Shown: in pieces, positions 26,401-32,863 of the stretch
How positions within the stretch are numbered: position 1 is the stretch's first letter
How the letters are laid out: every line of letters starts with the position of its first letter
DNA from: a virus
Taxonomy: Duplodnaviria; Caudoviricetes
Direction: 5' to 3' (one strand)
IMG/VR virus record: IMGVR_UViG_3300021256_000087
Span: 19,477-83,476 of that record
Length of the DNA stretch: 64,000 bases
Translations under genes and position numbers: made by a program
Notes under the pieces: generated by a model
Seen by the model: the letters and a program-made list of their open reading frames with translations, nothing else
Told to the model about the DNA's origin: nothing
The model's database searches: none

Positions 26401-26423
26401 ACGTTAATTTCATAATTGGCCAT
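11412..26423 (-). CDS. giant tape measure protein (~5003 aa) with N-terminal cargo region, two JAB/MPN-like domains and an inserted domain
   Basis: TP901-type TMP core (ELDTAMVELRKVTD...SAADWSRLGYS...DKYNEIGN...GTALRTIALRIRG) starts near nt 17870; C-terminus AYAKGG...ARTGEEVL; start set at the ATG with GGAGGTG RBS. Confidence 0.9.
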   Translation of the reverse strand: MANYEINVKLNKKNFEKEVRAIQKYIEKMEEEPVVKKVQVVEEVVPQKSSPAKKNNKSKRNYTEEPLIDSSIIEDLKKNRTKSHANFYVDLDKYLEDLVKDKNTLSEEDLSAIERTFKKAFIAERFNSNWKGLYKDLLKGFSTSFDYFDELKSVKNNLDEFASKVNQLDIGSLFSDDAEIFKSVKAAKNINLKRYALAAKDARNNKKTDRDVLNFLIGNLDKYLGREGRDYEKDKITDGEIEAIMGTLLRAGIEEKTAKDPRKGLYAKVKDHIMSYIGDRTTKYGGYGEDIEKLIRDKIKEVDDVVSKFHSLNLDFMADPEKEVKNLKLSQTVKSMNKDLGEVGDYFEIIKDIVKNFKDEMVSEFGFNGKEIIKGEEDQIRISNKRLGVNFHTHPLLGYDAFAPSAQDIRSYMSHIRNDLMLTGEAHLKEAYIAHGERLLKMDFGGIDWSKISPDELENKIIDRIFKSAVANGGRIIKDERTGTTEFETVRGKDKAISSAVRNAVEDVLAEFGGKLSTATLRGNNFVDDKTNEVWKANEEINDNIRDAFSGYKDSSVTMEQAAANINAAAEKILEAADKISGNDDVLHNISEHKNEVKLIPVNTDTDYETAQKKFDEKLADPKSFIHKFYEAGYKFGEEILQLDYDKILNEMNKIRKRLFIGDEVSDDDKLKLRALADMKGITATYNKEADRKEAARRVSFLGIVDPKSGNSVLHNESNHKWIEKARIFADDITASIEKDITGDVINDLKALALKEHGNKKVENFKSPRTYIKSLMSGLVGTNDHFNIAVGDSDKIEYSDATDFFKANTEYLKLLIAEVHQRDKLGVDINKEISKDILDKIEDSIFVTSDTSQKSDEKKEQRQQTVGSEWGRKVLEWRQNATENDKERLRQTLAEQREKDDLEREGSRARVLEQNKLNNSPSIILTEEQQRLKEKEDAEAAKLEEERVAEAAARRKEEERIAEIRRQEDEARKASLEKESKKTIVKTQETEQEIKGVENIDNAGAKIQEVAQEIKAEENSQDKVVNSNEALAETIKENTETAQELKRTIDLDIKSNDVEEMYQGVYPDIDQRRFAMDKYGEELRKIDDATETPHSVMYDRRDDFNTGLKDNVNQLLDHVQDQITQMEESLAEAGRDPEKSPVYRDAVATRDMLTKYLAGEELSPEEQRFIDAVQTDFTDSLLETLQIKEQNLSQALRKAANTSNDISNRIQGLKADMAEAAEEGAVIPNAREMLQNEYNNLAENKARAREIKKELEKTQGYVKALSQQKDITKGMTSYLQGRTVGNIIKNQNDRITQLALEIETVRGMDDPDEEYLKSLERELFLQKTFSRKKERISYSENTYGIPFDKFNEIQLYYAEQDQAWREELDRLKAELPDGYKAGAYKKKLIGEIPLDAASMSENTEEEIAAKMDAMEKERKYLYAYWVYHQRFLKEYNTLANVTQIDPNRKIDFKHFTNVQDIVATMDRRFQQTMAGAHEQSGRNTTMVPIKPEEPSSGSVEPKTREDMIVEAEERIAESQRQRDKEKARQAEQAAKLEEQKKLETMNSIKALHEEIEVQEAITEQKKIEYENAQKAVKETQLARLKEAGLYDEETWAKLMALPEDQYDKVTAFDKTLVQKFIKTYLDQIIEKDKETLASGKEELSKLSGRMSEIDQYFAKAKIADENPQRIKSLDQKLSKFSKKYIASLRAITPEDYRTLVNRINEINEYLSDENNTRDKKEVSKLERERNNLITKRDDYIAVKDRDRLNTQLNEVKDFTKLKHNEELKLIEEKKQLSAEYLELRKSMDLLEDKINHYAVDPKNLRDKTDFSVKPEGMSRDQMFAMVGQINTRMVNGEYKDELAIIIDMLKTFGHVDNEFGFGGEAVVGDETSVVVPYSKSGIYFHTHPWGSSDDLAPSYADLYAASKRKSKIEYLGHGDTLLKMDYSNIDWSKITHSQLFDEMSSEIIKALRDAGFKDSIDKDEEGRMVWHFEDNLESVQSDIINTTMSRILSKYGGDVSVSRLDEKGKLSEWISYNALAKNIAKAKEGEPDPKGDAKEVSLLTDIREAITIFTDVMKSIHNPFKAEEDDYNAAQKNLDKLKTNFDSAIESLYLESQLPIARKKAIDSGLMTEKQFDSLKISNAQELDLWNSIVPKVSTAARAIDEFKLAIRRTFGKEYTDNKFKNKAESEQKPKTSQEPPKEPPKERKSIKKSDTNEPKTEPKIVGTEEGIVISSPHVTIVDTNHTEVLKTNVVNVQADSINADAKNSEGAEERKAITHDQVVEFLNKIDRIIIRSGENRDIEGLKKLKQDLINYDNPTNRADLKEWRRFNDRYSKLVAKNSLDAGKLTAYNNLVELQAKIQTKRLSGDNRGISKQKDSFNKLFSTYVEGSRLTTDEEKNIELDKITAEANRVVAEKILKDIEENGDKLVDNIKNNTDKGIIYSEEFMGNARNIIEARDRIVERLENVLFGESDTSIVEEALADGQQYIDNAKDLVKQSTNASSRVKIVDTGVIDRRIEELRSLMNAAIRDSIGDDVLGTINSINVRMNEHIGRLQDFKAGDIRSAEDYAKLVQEGDELSSTIENIKEINTQYQRTYNLRKLIAEAKFDTDADEGYIDNLTSKLNVAYNAIREYARGKDVGSEFVESILGSNSEYQEVGANLARQIGKIQKDISNSMVRKRQQGFGYTKAFENTVDEESAQAKELIRQLLNIENAGEGAEAIIRKAYRSLEDYRKRFIEAQSDQNVTVKASQVSKLLNDAIELQNNTRGRGVSADDRSRIYNLVNELQLLRVEGKKADEVVEGINRERYDNIKAEVMDLGSKYKQLGVYGVDAFTRIGKSLKAQFTAQIARYFSLYDIIRYVRTGVNTIKELDTAMVELRKVTDATEKEYSEFRDTIRSTAVDVASTNADLIQSAADWSRLGYSIKEATELAKDARVFVNVGDGVDIKGATDMMITAMKAFNITADDAMSIVDKYNEIGNHFALSATDIGDAMQRSASVLAASNTSFNESIALITAGNEILQDPEKTGTALRTIALRIRGASSELEEMGEETDYVVKSTSKLRELIKGYTSINGKYEGFDIMEDEDTFKSLADIIKGIGKVYDEMSDIDRTAMLEKLAGKNRSNALAAMLQNYKQIDNVLKSIEESEGSAMEENAHIVDSIQGRMTQLQTAGENFWQEFIDTDAVKNAISALTELLNVLTEIVGKVGLLPTLTAGAGIGLVGSNGGIQRYFQIRQNANYAQQQYDLDKVDYTSALENFKDLDQVFQDTDIDAENLKETFDNADEAWNTLAGATDKLTDSERKLENAQNALSESAKKDLQPAIKGLIVTIGITAVVTAINYAIKKYQEAQQASKEFAKETAKSNKSLDDYAKRIGEANRVLRDENSTTEQIRDAKNELITIQQELNETYGNYSTVIQNANSDLKEQNQLLIENQILKNREAARKSESTFNWRSIGSGSDRASTAEGVFNGRTGSNLGIFTNTVSAELALNVLKDILPKEVLKNNNLQTMRLGMIDFEAANYDELKTMLTQAQMELGREEYEGRIGTDAASDFIQRALDQMSKDEEEYLDEWLIAAQDRMAKEHYSEYESLMNSYYENLQNPTEETERALKDNLMTMWEIASDANDEGAKKWLRSFFKTYADEIENAHLDEYWNKQTENGANLGDRAEAVGKWLGDSGLSKTQILNYLTGGDLSGFSNDQQGWLKLLKDTFDAMGVDYTQALDRLYSQGLFKENNQLTFEDDYQSYRDAAASRFGMLGSSFDALGIGTDEELTIWKNIAEQATSAAEAVAMYKLETSGLEKTSDASTMLKNMEAQYKPMFDAMATAYKAIWSDSGFNISKVTSEQLESVRSQVESLNNDLKEKGLEGFSTDQINDFILTLSDATTTEKEAHDAFNGLATTLVDSLNPALGQASGETALFVQKTLTEMGVTNAADVLFSRLGYSAETYAAAKEEANKNEIDIDAEIGDLTEEQIQLILSNEALLNYYKGRILANSITIETKEDVNNLIKLYKSLGIATVGTLELAKAEEKLARADYLEHVAQNLGSGSYTASQYLKEANELRDEVANAISSVEVDWKPDVKWDANTMVDNDKSGDSKQKFDWIERAIKKIQRAVTNLGKVADATYKKWGDRIDALMGKTEEFHDEIGQFGRGNIDLYNRPQLWQEENGESWVETVLSESFEEDGKFVLVPTIDWDELGNPYEMTSDEALDRYHNTGEYLGIFDTLEEADDYAERLHLQQEAIYADYDKFTSGKYQKLKEEIALQEQAAQAYMAEANAIGLSAEYRSKVMNGLMDIETVTDEKLKEQISDFQEYYDKSTDAADAVEDLRGEIAQLAQTRFDYITKQFEEMALSIDHAATRIGHIQSTIESEGYFESTLLIEQLRAGAEDKLGQLQDEAQQLAASIDEAVSNGDIEYGSEQWWGMYDSLQNVNDQVLELQSNIAGYNDQIRQLEWDKFDYIQDSVSRLTEENEFLIDILQDEAMMFEKNALIGENLYANGNMSDAALSVQGLHVNSYQTLTEQAKDYAEEIEKINADLVKDPNNKKLLDRRNELIDQWRDIIKGISSEKQAIRDLIKQGYETFLDYLQKSIDYRKKALEAEKNLYDYERNVREQTEAITNYQQQLAALGGDNSEENRARLQQLADDLKKAEEDLQQTEYDKWLSDQEEMMDNMYEAFEKLIDDRLDNLDKLVAQAIDQTAASGETIKQSIQQELDEFPYDLENTSFGINFDMKISDAVGAVDAVKAVIEGMHTDANVNAQNQLNALSALANAVATSSANQAAQIANQIAQLGQNNGNNNGSNNGTNNSPQVTTDGIQGEDPSEGEEKSKKSVNIRKIQELEEQYQKYIELEKQYRQLAKSEEKKYKSLPPALSGANKQAVYDKWQGYLANVQFYHAQAVAAIKEANTLKNAAYAKGGTIGSAIKRTGEDGIILARTGEEVLSLERIKQMQSIFKMMQPLATLPANTLSNITSGTTINGMNVSFSLPNVTSYEDFVNKAKKDPQFEKLVQNITIGTALGKSKLSKYSI

Positions 26424-26465
26424 AAAACACCTCCACAAAAATAAAAGAGGCGTCCTTGACACCTC

Positions 26466-27158
26466 TTAACGTTTTTCTTCTATTAACTTTTCTATATCTT
26501 TATCTAGATCTTTGGATATCTCTTTCCATTTGGCATCCAAATGTTTCTTCGTAGTAATTTTCTTATATCGTTTGCCCATTTCCTTAAAGGGCAAGATATC
26601 AGAATCAGGGGGTATAATATTCGCATCGTATATGTTTTTTAATATCCTTCTTCTACTTGGACGATCTGGATTACCTTTTAAATGATATTTGATATAATAT
26701 TTTTTCTGACTTTCTTTCGTAGTATACCATTTTTCGGAAACTATCTTTTTGTTATATCCAATGATTCCATGATAAAACATCATTTCAAATACTGCATTTT
26801 TATCATAGGGTTCTCCTTTATTTTCGCCCCAACGTGAAAAGATTTCTCCACGTATATTGCTAGACTCTACATTAACCCCTGATTTAAACCAGTCACTCTC
26901 CGAAGTATCAATTTGTATTCCACGATTATTTCCAATATCATTATAAACATCTGAAGCCTTCAATAAAAACCGCGTTTTATCATAATCTTTACCAGAATTT
27001 TTCGCCCAATTAATATAGGCCTCCATAAAATCTTCGTAAACTTCTTCGTACGCTTTTTCAATTTCTTCGACAATTTCTTGAGTAAATTGTTTGGCGTATC
27101 TTCTGAATTGCGTGTTAAGTACGTCCTTTATCCTCCCTAACTCCGTTCTCTTCGCCAT
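26466..27158 (-). CDS. hypothetical tail-morphogenesis protein
   Basis: Basic protein immediately upstream of TMP; GGAGGT RBS. Confidence 0.5.
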   Translation of the reverse strand: MAKRTELGRIKDVLNTQFRRYAKQFTQEIVEEIEKAYEEVYEDFMEAYINWAKNSGKDYDKTRFLLKASDVYNDIGNNRGIQIDTSESDWFKSGVNVESSNIRGEIFSRWGENKGEPYDKNAVFEMMFYHGIIGYNKKIVSEKWYTTKESQKKYYIKYHLKGNPDRPSRRRILKNIYDANIIPPDSDILPFKEMGKRYKKITTKKHLDAKWKEISKDLDKDIEKLIEEKR

Positions 27159-27657
27159 TGGTACTACCTCCATTAATTTGATTCAAGGCCATCTTTTCAA
27201 CAGCACTTTGCAGTATATTATCCAAACCCAATATAAGATTTTTTATACGACCTTGAATAGAGTTTACGTTTTCATATTCATCATCATAAATATTGTCTAC
27301 AATATTCATAAATGTCATAACATCTTTTTTAGGTAGAGCAGACATAAGTATATCCTCGTATCCCTTTTCAGATAATATATTATAATCCTTTAATGTATCA
27401 TCAGAAAAAGTTAAGTCCGTATACATTCTAATTAAAGCAAGCACAGTAAGAAAATGTTGTTTATTGGAATCAACCCAAAATATTTTTTGAATCTTTCCTT
27501 CCGCATCAACAATATCCTTATAGCATGCCATCTCTATAATTTTATGACCTTCAGCAATCTTTTCTTCAAGAGGAACATATTGTCTTGTAATATGTTTCTG
27601 TATAACACCCTCTTTATGATCACTGTTCATTTGTTTAACAAACATTTCTATATTCAT
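27115..27657 (-). CDS. putative tail assembly chaperone
   Basis: Helical 180 aa protein two genes upstream of TMP; call is by position only. Confidence 0.4.
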   Translation of the reverse strand: MNIEMFVKQMNSDHKEGVIQKHITRQYVPLEEKIAEGHKIIEMACYKDIVDAEGKIQKIFWVDSNKQHFLTVLALIRMYTDLTFSDDTLKDYNILSEKGYEDILMSALPKKDVMTFMNIVDNIYDDEYENVNSIQGRIKNLILGLDNILQSAVEKMALNQINGGSTNGEENGVREDKGRT

Positions 27658-27669
27658 GATTATCTCCTT

Positions 27670-28164
27670 TTATTCAAATAAATCATTGCATTCCGATAAC
27701 CAACCAGCTTCCGCAATGCATATCGCTTCAGCCTCATCGTCTCCACATTTTATCTTGTATGTTTTATTTACTTTCTTTATTGCTTCCTGTTTAAGTTCTT
27801 CACGTTTAAGTTTCGTACCATTCTTATTACATAGTTTTATTCCGGCTAAACTTCTCCACGCGGATGGAAGCATTTTGGTAAAATTACATTTCATATCTTG
27901 ACAAACATACATTACAGCTCCAAGAACATTTGACAACATCTTTGTTGTTTCAATATTTTGTTTATTCCATGAATCCTCTATGTATACAGCAGCGGGGGAA
28001 TATTCTTTTATAATTGCCCCCAATTCGCTCATCATATTCTTGACGCGTTGATCCGCATCATGATTGGATTTCATATTTATTGTATCGTGAAATATAAGTT
28101 TACCGTCTTCGATGACAGCAACTCCAGAACAAGTGGTACTAGCGTCAATGCCCATAACTTTCAT
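27670..28164 (-). CDS. ruvC: RuvC-like Holliday junction resolvase
   Basis: MKVMGIDASTTCSGVAV, VYIEDS, MLPSAWRS, DDEAEAICIA: RNase H-fold acidic catalytic motifs. Confidence 0.85.
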   Translation of the reverse strand: MKVMGIDASTTCSGVAVIEDGKLIFHDTINMKSNHDADQRVKNMMSELGAIIKEYSPAAVYIEDSWNKQNIETTKMLSNVLGAVMYVCQDMKCNFTKMLPSAWRSLAGIKLCNKNGTKLKREELKQEAIKKVNKTYKIKCGDDEAEAICIAEAGWLSECNDLFE

Positions 28165-28175
28165 AAGCAATACCT

Positions 28176-28409
28176 TTACTCACGCTGCTTGCACCATCTA
28201 TCATAAGCATCGCGAGTATCCTCCCTATTAAATAAAAAGACCATAACTGGTTCATGCGTCTTACGGTCTTCACTAATTTCTATGTCATTAAGTACGACAC
28301 CATTCCTCAGGTAAAAAATGCTCTGTTTAATATTGAGTATTCTTACCTGAGAAAATAGTTCATATGTCCTTCCAGTTATCTTACTTGTTTCATATCTTTT
28401 TTCGTTCAT
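28176..28409 (-). CDS. small hypothetical protein
   Basis: GAAAGGA RBS; VRILNIKQSIFYL...VMVFLFNREDTRDAYDRWC. Confidence 0.6.
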   Translation of the reverse strand: MNEKRYETSKITGRTYELFSQVRILNIKQSIFYLRNGVVLNDIEISEDRKTHEPVMVFLFNREDTRDAYDRWCKQRE

Positions 28410-28426
28410 CCCGTTATTCCTTTCTA

Positions 28427-28585
28427 TCATCTTTCTACATTTGGATTTATTAACAATTCGATTTGTTGATACATCTCTGTTATAATAAGTTCAATGTTCG
28501 GCTGTTCATTTACCAATACCGGTACGTATTTCTTATCTCTATTAGCAATAACTAATTGAGGTACTGAAGTAGTTTCTATATTCAT
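28427..28585 (-). CDS. small hypothetical protein (52 aa, not in ORF track)
   Basis: AAGGTGA RBS then MNIETTSVPQLVIANRDKKY...NPNVER*; fills the gap between neighbours exactly. Confidence 0.55.
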   Translation of the reverse strand: MNIETTSVPQLVIANRDKKYVPVLVNEQPNIELIITEMYQQIELLINPNVER

Positions 28586-28597
28586 ATCATCACCTTA

Positions 28598-28921
28598 TTA
28601 ACTATTATGATAAGCGGTGTTAATAATTGAATCTTTTACCATAACCTCTGCAATATCAGATTTAACTACTACCTCTTTAGCTTCAGGGCCATCAACACCT
28701 ATTAACTGCACCTGAACGACGCCAGTCTTAAATTTAAGAGTATCTTCTTGCCTTAATGTAACTACTGCAATATTTACTGAATTTATAAATGGTTCCACAT
28801 CCACAAAAAATGATCCTTGCTTAAATCTAAAGAAAAGAGTAGATCCTAAGTCTGAATACTTAATTCCATTTGAAAGTTGAATTGTAAATATAGGAGTAGT
28901 GCCTCTTATAAAATCCGCCAT
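28598..28921 (-). CDS. BppU N-terminal-like (RGTTP family) virion protein
   Basis: MADFIRGTTP...VTLRQEDTLKF...VQVQL; paralogue of 51143-51448. Confidence 0.55.
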   Translation of the reverse strand: MADFIRGTTPIFTIQLSNGIKYSDLGSTLFFRFKQGSFFVDVEPFINSVNIAVVTLRQEDTLKFKTGVVQVQLIGVDGPEAKEVVVKSDIAEVMVKDSIINTAYHNS

Positions 28922-28980
28922 ATTAATCCTCCACAAAAAATGGGATAAGCAATCACAATTGTGAATGTTATCCCATATAT

Positions 28981-29295
28981 TTAATCATCTTCATTCACAA
29001 TCTTTGGTTCATTTTTTACTTTAGGCTCTTTAGCCATAATAGAATCTATCTGCTTTTTAATTTCAGCATTAAATTTCATTCCCTTAGGAATATTAAGAGC
29101 CTCAAGTTTTTCGCGCGCCTCTTCTTTCTTTATATGATTAAAAGTAAAAGAAGATAAAACGTCAAATATTTTATTGCAAAGATCCGTGTCGTATAAATAT
29201 CTCCACGTCTCTTCCTTATTGCCTTTGCCACATCTAGGACAATAGACATAGTCGGAACCACAGACTATGCATTTTCTGAATCCCTTTTCTCTCAT
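28981..29295 (-). CDS. hypothetical Zn-ribbon protein
   Basis: CIVCGSDYVYCPRC motif. Confidence 0.6.
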   Translation of the reverse strand: MREKGFRKCIVCGSDYVYCPRCGKGNKEETWRYLYDTDLCNKIFDVLSSFTFNHIKKEEAREKLEALNIPKGMKFNAEIKKQIDSIMAKEPKVKNEPKIVNEDD

Positions 29296-29315
29296 CTATT
29301 TTCCTCCAATAAATA

Positions 29316-29340
29316 AGGGGGCGAAAATATCCGCCCCCTA
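29316..29340 (-). terminator. intrinsic terminator after the major tail gene
   Basis: AGGGGCG-GATATTTT-CGCCCC stem followed by a T-rich tract. Confidence 0.6.
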
Positions 29341-29353
29341 CATTTTTCATTTA

Positions 29354-30172
29354 TCAGCCAGCGTTGGTTACAACGGTAGTGACTGCATCCTCATCAGGGA
29401 AGTAGATGTAGTAAAGAATCTTATCAACGGAATCACAGTAGTCGATCTGAAGGTTTCCGTTGAAGTCAGTCTCAGTGCTCTCTGCATCAAGATTGATGGT
29501 GACCGAAGGATCGGGCTGGAAGCTGGGAATGTAAACATAAGCAGCTCTGTAAGCGTCCTCACAAGGGTCAACAATTGCAACATACAGAGTAAGGTGAATG
29601 GTATCAGGGAATGCAGAAGCGGTGTTGGTAATCTTATAACCAGCCTCAACATCTCTATCATACTTAATCAGATACTTAGTAGGAGCTTCATCAGCGGTAG
29701 CAGGAACAGTAACAGTCTTTGCGTTGGAATCGTATGCGAAAGATACGTCAACAACAGCAGAAGTGCCCTGAACGAGAACCTTACCATTTGCGCCGTTGTT
29801 ATAAAGACCCATTACGTGAATGGTTCCAGTCTTAGCATCGGCAACATCAATGGTGGTACCAGCTGCTACAACAGTTATGAAAGGCATCTCAATAGCATTG
29901 GTAGCAGATGCAATCTCCATAGGGCTTCCCGACTGAGCGTTAAGCAGAACGGGAGAGAGCAGAGCAGAAGAAGCGGTAAACGTACCGGACTTGCTCTGAT
30001 AAATTGTACGGATGATATTTCCGTTCTTATCAGCGATCTCAATAGGATCAGAGCTGATCTCAATAGAAGCACTGGTAAGCTGATCGAGGGTGTACAGAAG
30101 CTCATTCTCGAAGTTCTGAGCTACACCGTAGATAATTTCCTTTACAGCGAAATTTCCAAGATTAAAAGCCAT
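29354..30172 (-). CDS. major tail (tube) protein
   Basis: 272 aa, highly biased codon usage, position after head-tail genes, followed by a terminator. Confidence 0.75.
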   Translation of the reverse strand: MAFNLGNFAVKEIIYGVAQNFENELLYTLDQLTSASIEISSDPIEIADKNGNIIRTIYQSKSGTFTASSALLSPVLLNAQSGSPMEIASATNAIEMPFITVVAAGTTIDVADAKTGTIHVMGLYNNGANGKVLVQGTSAVVDVSFAYDSNAKTVTVPATADEAPTKYLIKYDRDVEAGYKITNTASAFPDTIHLTLYVAIVDPCEDAYRAAYVYIPSFQPDPSVTINLDAESTETDFNGNLQIDYCDSVDKILYYIYFPDEDAVTTVVTNAG

Positions 30173-30191
30173 AATATTTTCCTCCTTGTAA

Positions 30192-31037
30192 TTAGATGTC
30201 CTTCATAAAATCATAGCTTGAAGGATCTATATCTTTACTATTTACAAAACCCGAATACATACCCTTAAGTATTGCAGTCGCATTCTCGTAAAGTTGAATT
30301 CTTTTCAATGAATCAAAAAATTCAGCCACCCCTATTTGGCGTAACTCTTGCAGAGAATGCTTAGTGCCGGGGTGATTAATATATGCACTGATAAGGGGAA
30401 CAAAAGAGAAAGAAGAAGATATTCCCTTTTTCTGTTTTTGTTTTAATTCAACTTGATCTTTATGGATCCAAGCTTCTTTTAACATCTTGTCAGGCGTAAC
30501 CTCGCGTTCGGGTTTCATATTAAAAACATTTTGGAGATATTGATGAAAGTACTGATATACGAGTTCTGTTATCTCCGTATCAGTTAACTCGTTGTATAAA
30601 TATCTTTCTACTTCTCCGTCTTCCTTTTGCCGTTCATAAACTTCAAAAGAATTAAAATCTATATTGTCAAACAATAAATCGACCACGTCCGATTCTAATT
30701 GTTTATACATTAAAATAAACATTTCAAAATCTGAAATTGTATTCCAATCTATTCCAGCCTCCCACAACATTAACCTAAATTGTGTCGGGTTGCCGACGAG
30801 TATACTCAAGTTGCTATAAAATTTAGATTCACCAATTTGAATTATGTCACCTAATGTTGGAGACTTTACGGTGACCACGCCTTTAACTCCCTCTTCGTCG
30901 ATTACCAATGGATCCCCGAAGAATAACTTTAGTCTGTCAAATTCAAGAGTAGGATATCGCGGAGGTAACTTAGCTTTTACAGGGGATAGTTTCCCCACAA
31001 CTTTACCCGCGTTTTCCTCTGTTGTCTTATTTGGCAT
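30192..31037 (-). CDS. tail morphogenesis protein
   Basis: SPbeta-like position between tail terminator and major tail; KLFFGD...SPTLGDIIQIGE, SLKRIQ...GMYSGF. Confidence 0.5.
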   Translation of the reverse strand: MPNKTTEENAGKVVGKLSPVKAKLPPRYPTLEFDRLKLFFGDPLVIDEEGVKGVVTVKSPTLGDIIQIGESKFYSNLSILVGNPTQFRLMLWEAGIDWNTISDFEMFILMYKQLESDVVDLLFDNIDFNSFEVYERQKEDGEVERYLYNELTDTEITELVYQYFHQYLQNVFNMKPEREVTPDKMLKEAWIHKDQVELKQKQKKGISSSFSFVPLISAYINHPGTKHSLQELRQIGVAEFFDSLKRIQLYENATAILKGMYSGFVNSKDIDPSSYDFMKDI

Positions 31038-31626
31038 ATAGTTTATTTATAATTTGAGGACTACCATTAATAGTTTTGACGAGGTTAGCGTCAGTAATAA
31101 ATTCAAATGTAAGCGTACGTACAGCATAATTATCATCTGTCGTATTAGGTACATTAGAGACAAGGTGCGCCTTGCCACCTTTAAAAGGGTAGAAATTAAA
31201 CTCATGTATAAGTAATGACGCAATGAGATCGTGGCGAGCAATGCCAAGTTCGGTTATGGCACCATCTAATTCAGTAGATGTAACAACCGTTTGATTTTTC
31301 TGCTCACATAAAATATAAAACAATATCTGTTGAATTTTCATTGCACTATTGTAGCGTTCCAACTCGCTAAAGCGTGTTTCAAAACAAATAAAATTATTTG
31401 ATTGAACTTGCGTGGGATGAATAATGTAGTATGGGAATATTGATCTCCCGTAATATTCATCCGGTTCTGCCTCTGCCTTTTCTAGTTCTTTGTTGTCTAA
31501 CGCCTTTATTATGTATTTATTACTTATGAGTTTTTCTTTTATTTCCCTTTTCAATCTTGAGTCATCGTCTTCTACATCATGTACGAGAGATGCGAAATAG
31601 GCTGTGTCTTGATCTGTCCATTCCAT
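31027..31626 (-). CDS. putative tail completion/terminator protein
   Basis: Synteny; IFPYYIIHPTQ...FICFE...RHDLIASLL. Confidence 0.5.
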   Translation of the reverse strand: MEWTDQDTAYFASLVHDVEDDDSRLKREIKEKLISNKYIIKALDNKELEKAEAEPDEYYGRSIFPYYIIHPTQVQSNNFICFETRFSELERYNSAMKIQQILFYILCEQKNQTVVTSTELDGAITELGIARHDLIASLLIHEFNFYPFKGGKAHLVSNVPNTTDDNYAVRTLTFEFITDANLVKTINGSPQIINKLYAK

Positions 31627-31639
31627 ATCGCTTCCTCCT

Positions 31640-32863
31640 TTACAATCCGCTTATAGATAATGTTAGTGTGCCAACTATAACCACAGGCGATGTTGTATAG
31701 GTAATTGTTAAAATCTTACCTATATAGGCTGTGTCGTCAGCAAATTTAATACGTACTTGATTTATGTCGAGGCCATCAAAATCCTCTGTAATATGATCGG
31801 AAACATCTATACCATCTACAGTATAACGCCATGTTCCGGCTTCAGGTGTAATTTGATCATCTCCATCATAAAAGACCGCGGTAATCTTTTTAGAACTACC
31901 ACCTACTTTAATTGTCTGAGATACACCGGCGAACACTACATCAATATGTTTATTAGAATCAACAATATGTTCATCAAGAAAATCATCCGGCGTATTCTCA
32001 CCATAATAATCGGCATACATACCTATGATAGTAGAAGGGTCTCCTTCTACTTCATATTCGATGTAATCTCGATTTACATCCCATACATCCTGAGCTGCCG
32101 TATAGACACCTATACCATGAGGCGTGGTGCGCGATACCTTAGATATCTGCCATACACGTGGGATGGCACCACTAGCTACATCTATTTTAGTATCTACTAT
32201 AAGTCTCTGATTATACGTAAGTTTCGAAGTTACTTCATTCATTGGCAAATAAAATTTGATAACATCATTAGGTGTTTCAAATACCCAGTCCATCCACACT
32301 CCAGAGTTGTACGAGTTCTGGTTTCTTTGGACTCCTGCCATTTGATATTTAGTTCTATTAAATACCCATGTAAATAAATAATTTACACGAAGTATTTCAT
32401 ACGTAGGGAATTGAGCATTGTTGCTCTGCGCCATACCGACAACTAACCATTTATTATAAACACCCCTATAATCTGGAATGTCTACATATAAGCCGCACGG
32501 AAATGTAGCTCCCCATCTCTCTTCATAATTTGTTTTATAGTATGTCACTACTCCCAAATCTTGAGAAGGCTTGAACATAATGTGGTAACTTACCGCATCT
32601 TTATTCAGAGTCTGTGAGCTGTTTTCTATATACTTAATTGTAATTGGTACTTTGCCGGCGTCGTCTGCGGGACTTAAGCCCTCAAACTGACGAGGATGCG
32701 GATCATGTTCATAGTCGTAGAAATATGCTGTACGAGTCTGCAAATCATCGTACCATGTTTGTTCCATGACCATATCCGATTCAACCTTATGGGCTTCCCC
32801 GTTTGTATATGAACCTATCATCTTTTTATATGTTGATAGGGATGGCAATTCAACCACCTCCAA
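31640..32863 (-). CDS. putative head closure / head-tail joining protein with C-terminal Ig-like region
   Basis: Synteny; beta-rich C-terminus (QTIKVGGSSKKITAVF...TWRYTVDG). Confidence 0.55.
   Translation of the reverse strand: MEVVELPSLSTYKKMIGSYTNGEAHKVESDMVMEQTWYDDLQTRTAYFYDYEHDPHPRQFEGLSPADDAGKVPITIKYIENSSQTLNKDAVSYHIMFKPSQDLGVVTYYKTNYEERWGATFPCGLYVDIPDYRGVYNKWLVVGMAQSNNAQFPTYEILRVNYLFTWVFNRTKYQMAGVQRNQNSYNSGVWMDWVFETPNDVIKFYLPMNEVTSKLTYNQRLIVDTKIDVASGAIPRVWQISKVSRTTPHGIGVYTAAQDVWDVNRDYIEYEVEGDPSTIIGMYADYYGENTPDDFLDEHIVDSNKHIDVVFAGVSQTIKVGGSSKKITAVFYDGDDQITPEAGTWRYTVDGIDVSDHITEDFDGLDINQVRIKFADDTAYIGKILTITYTTSPVVIVGTLTLSISGL

Noticed and set aside
26466-27657. Programmed -1 frameshift between tail chaperone genes
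   Set aside because: The ORFs overlap, but the downstream one has its own RBS and ATG, and I could not identify a convincing slippery heptamer.
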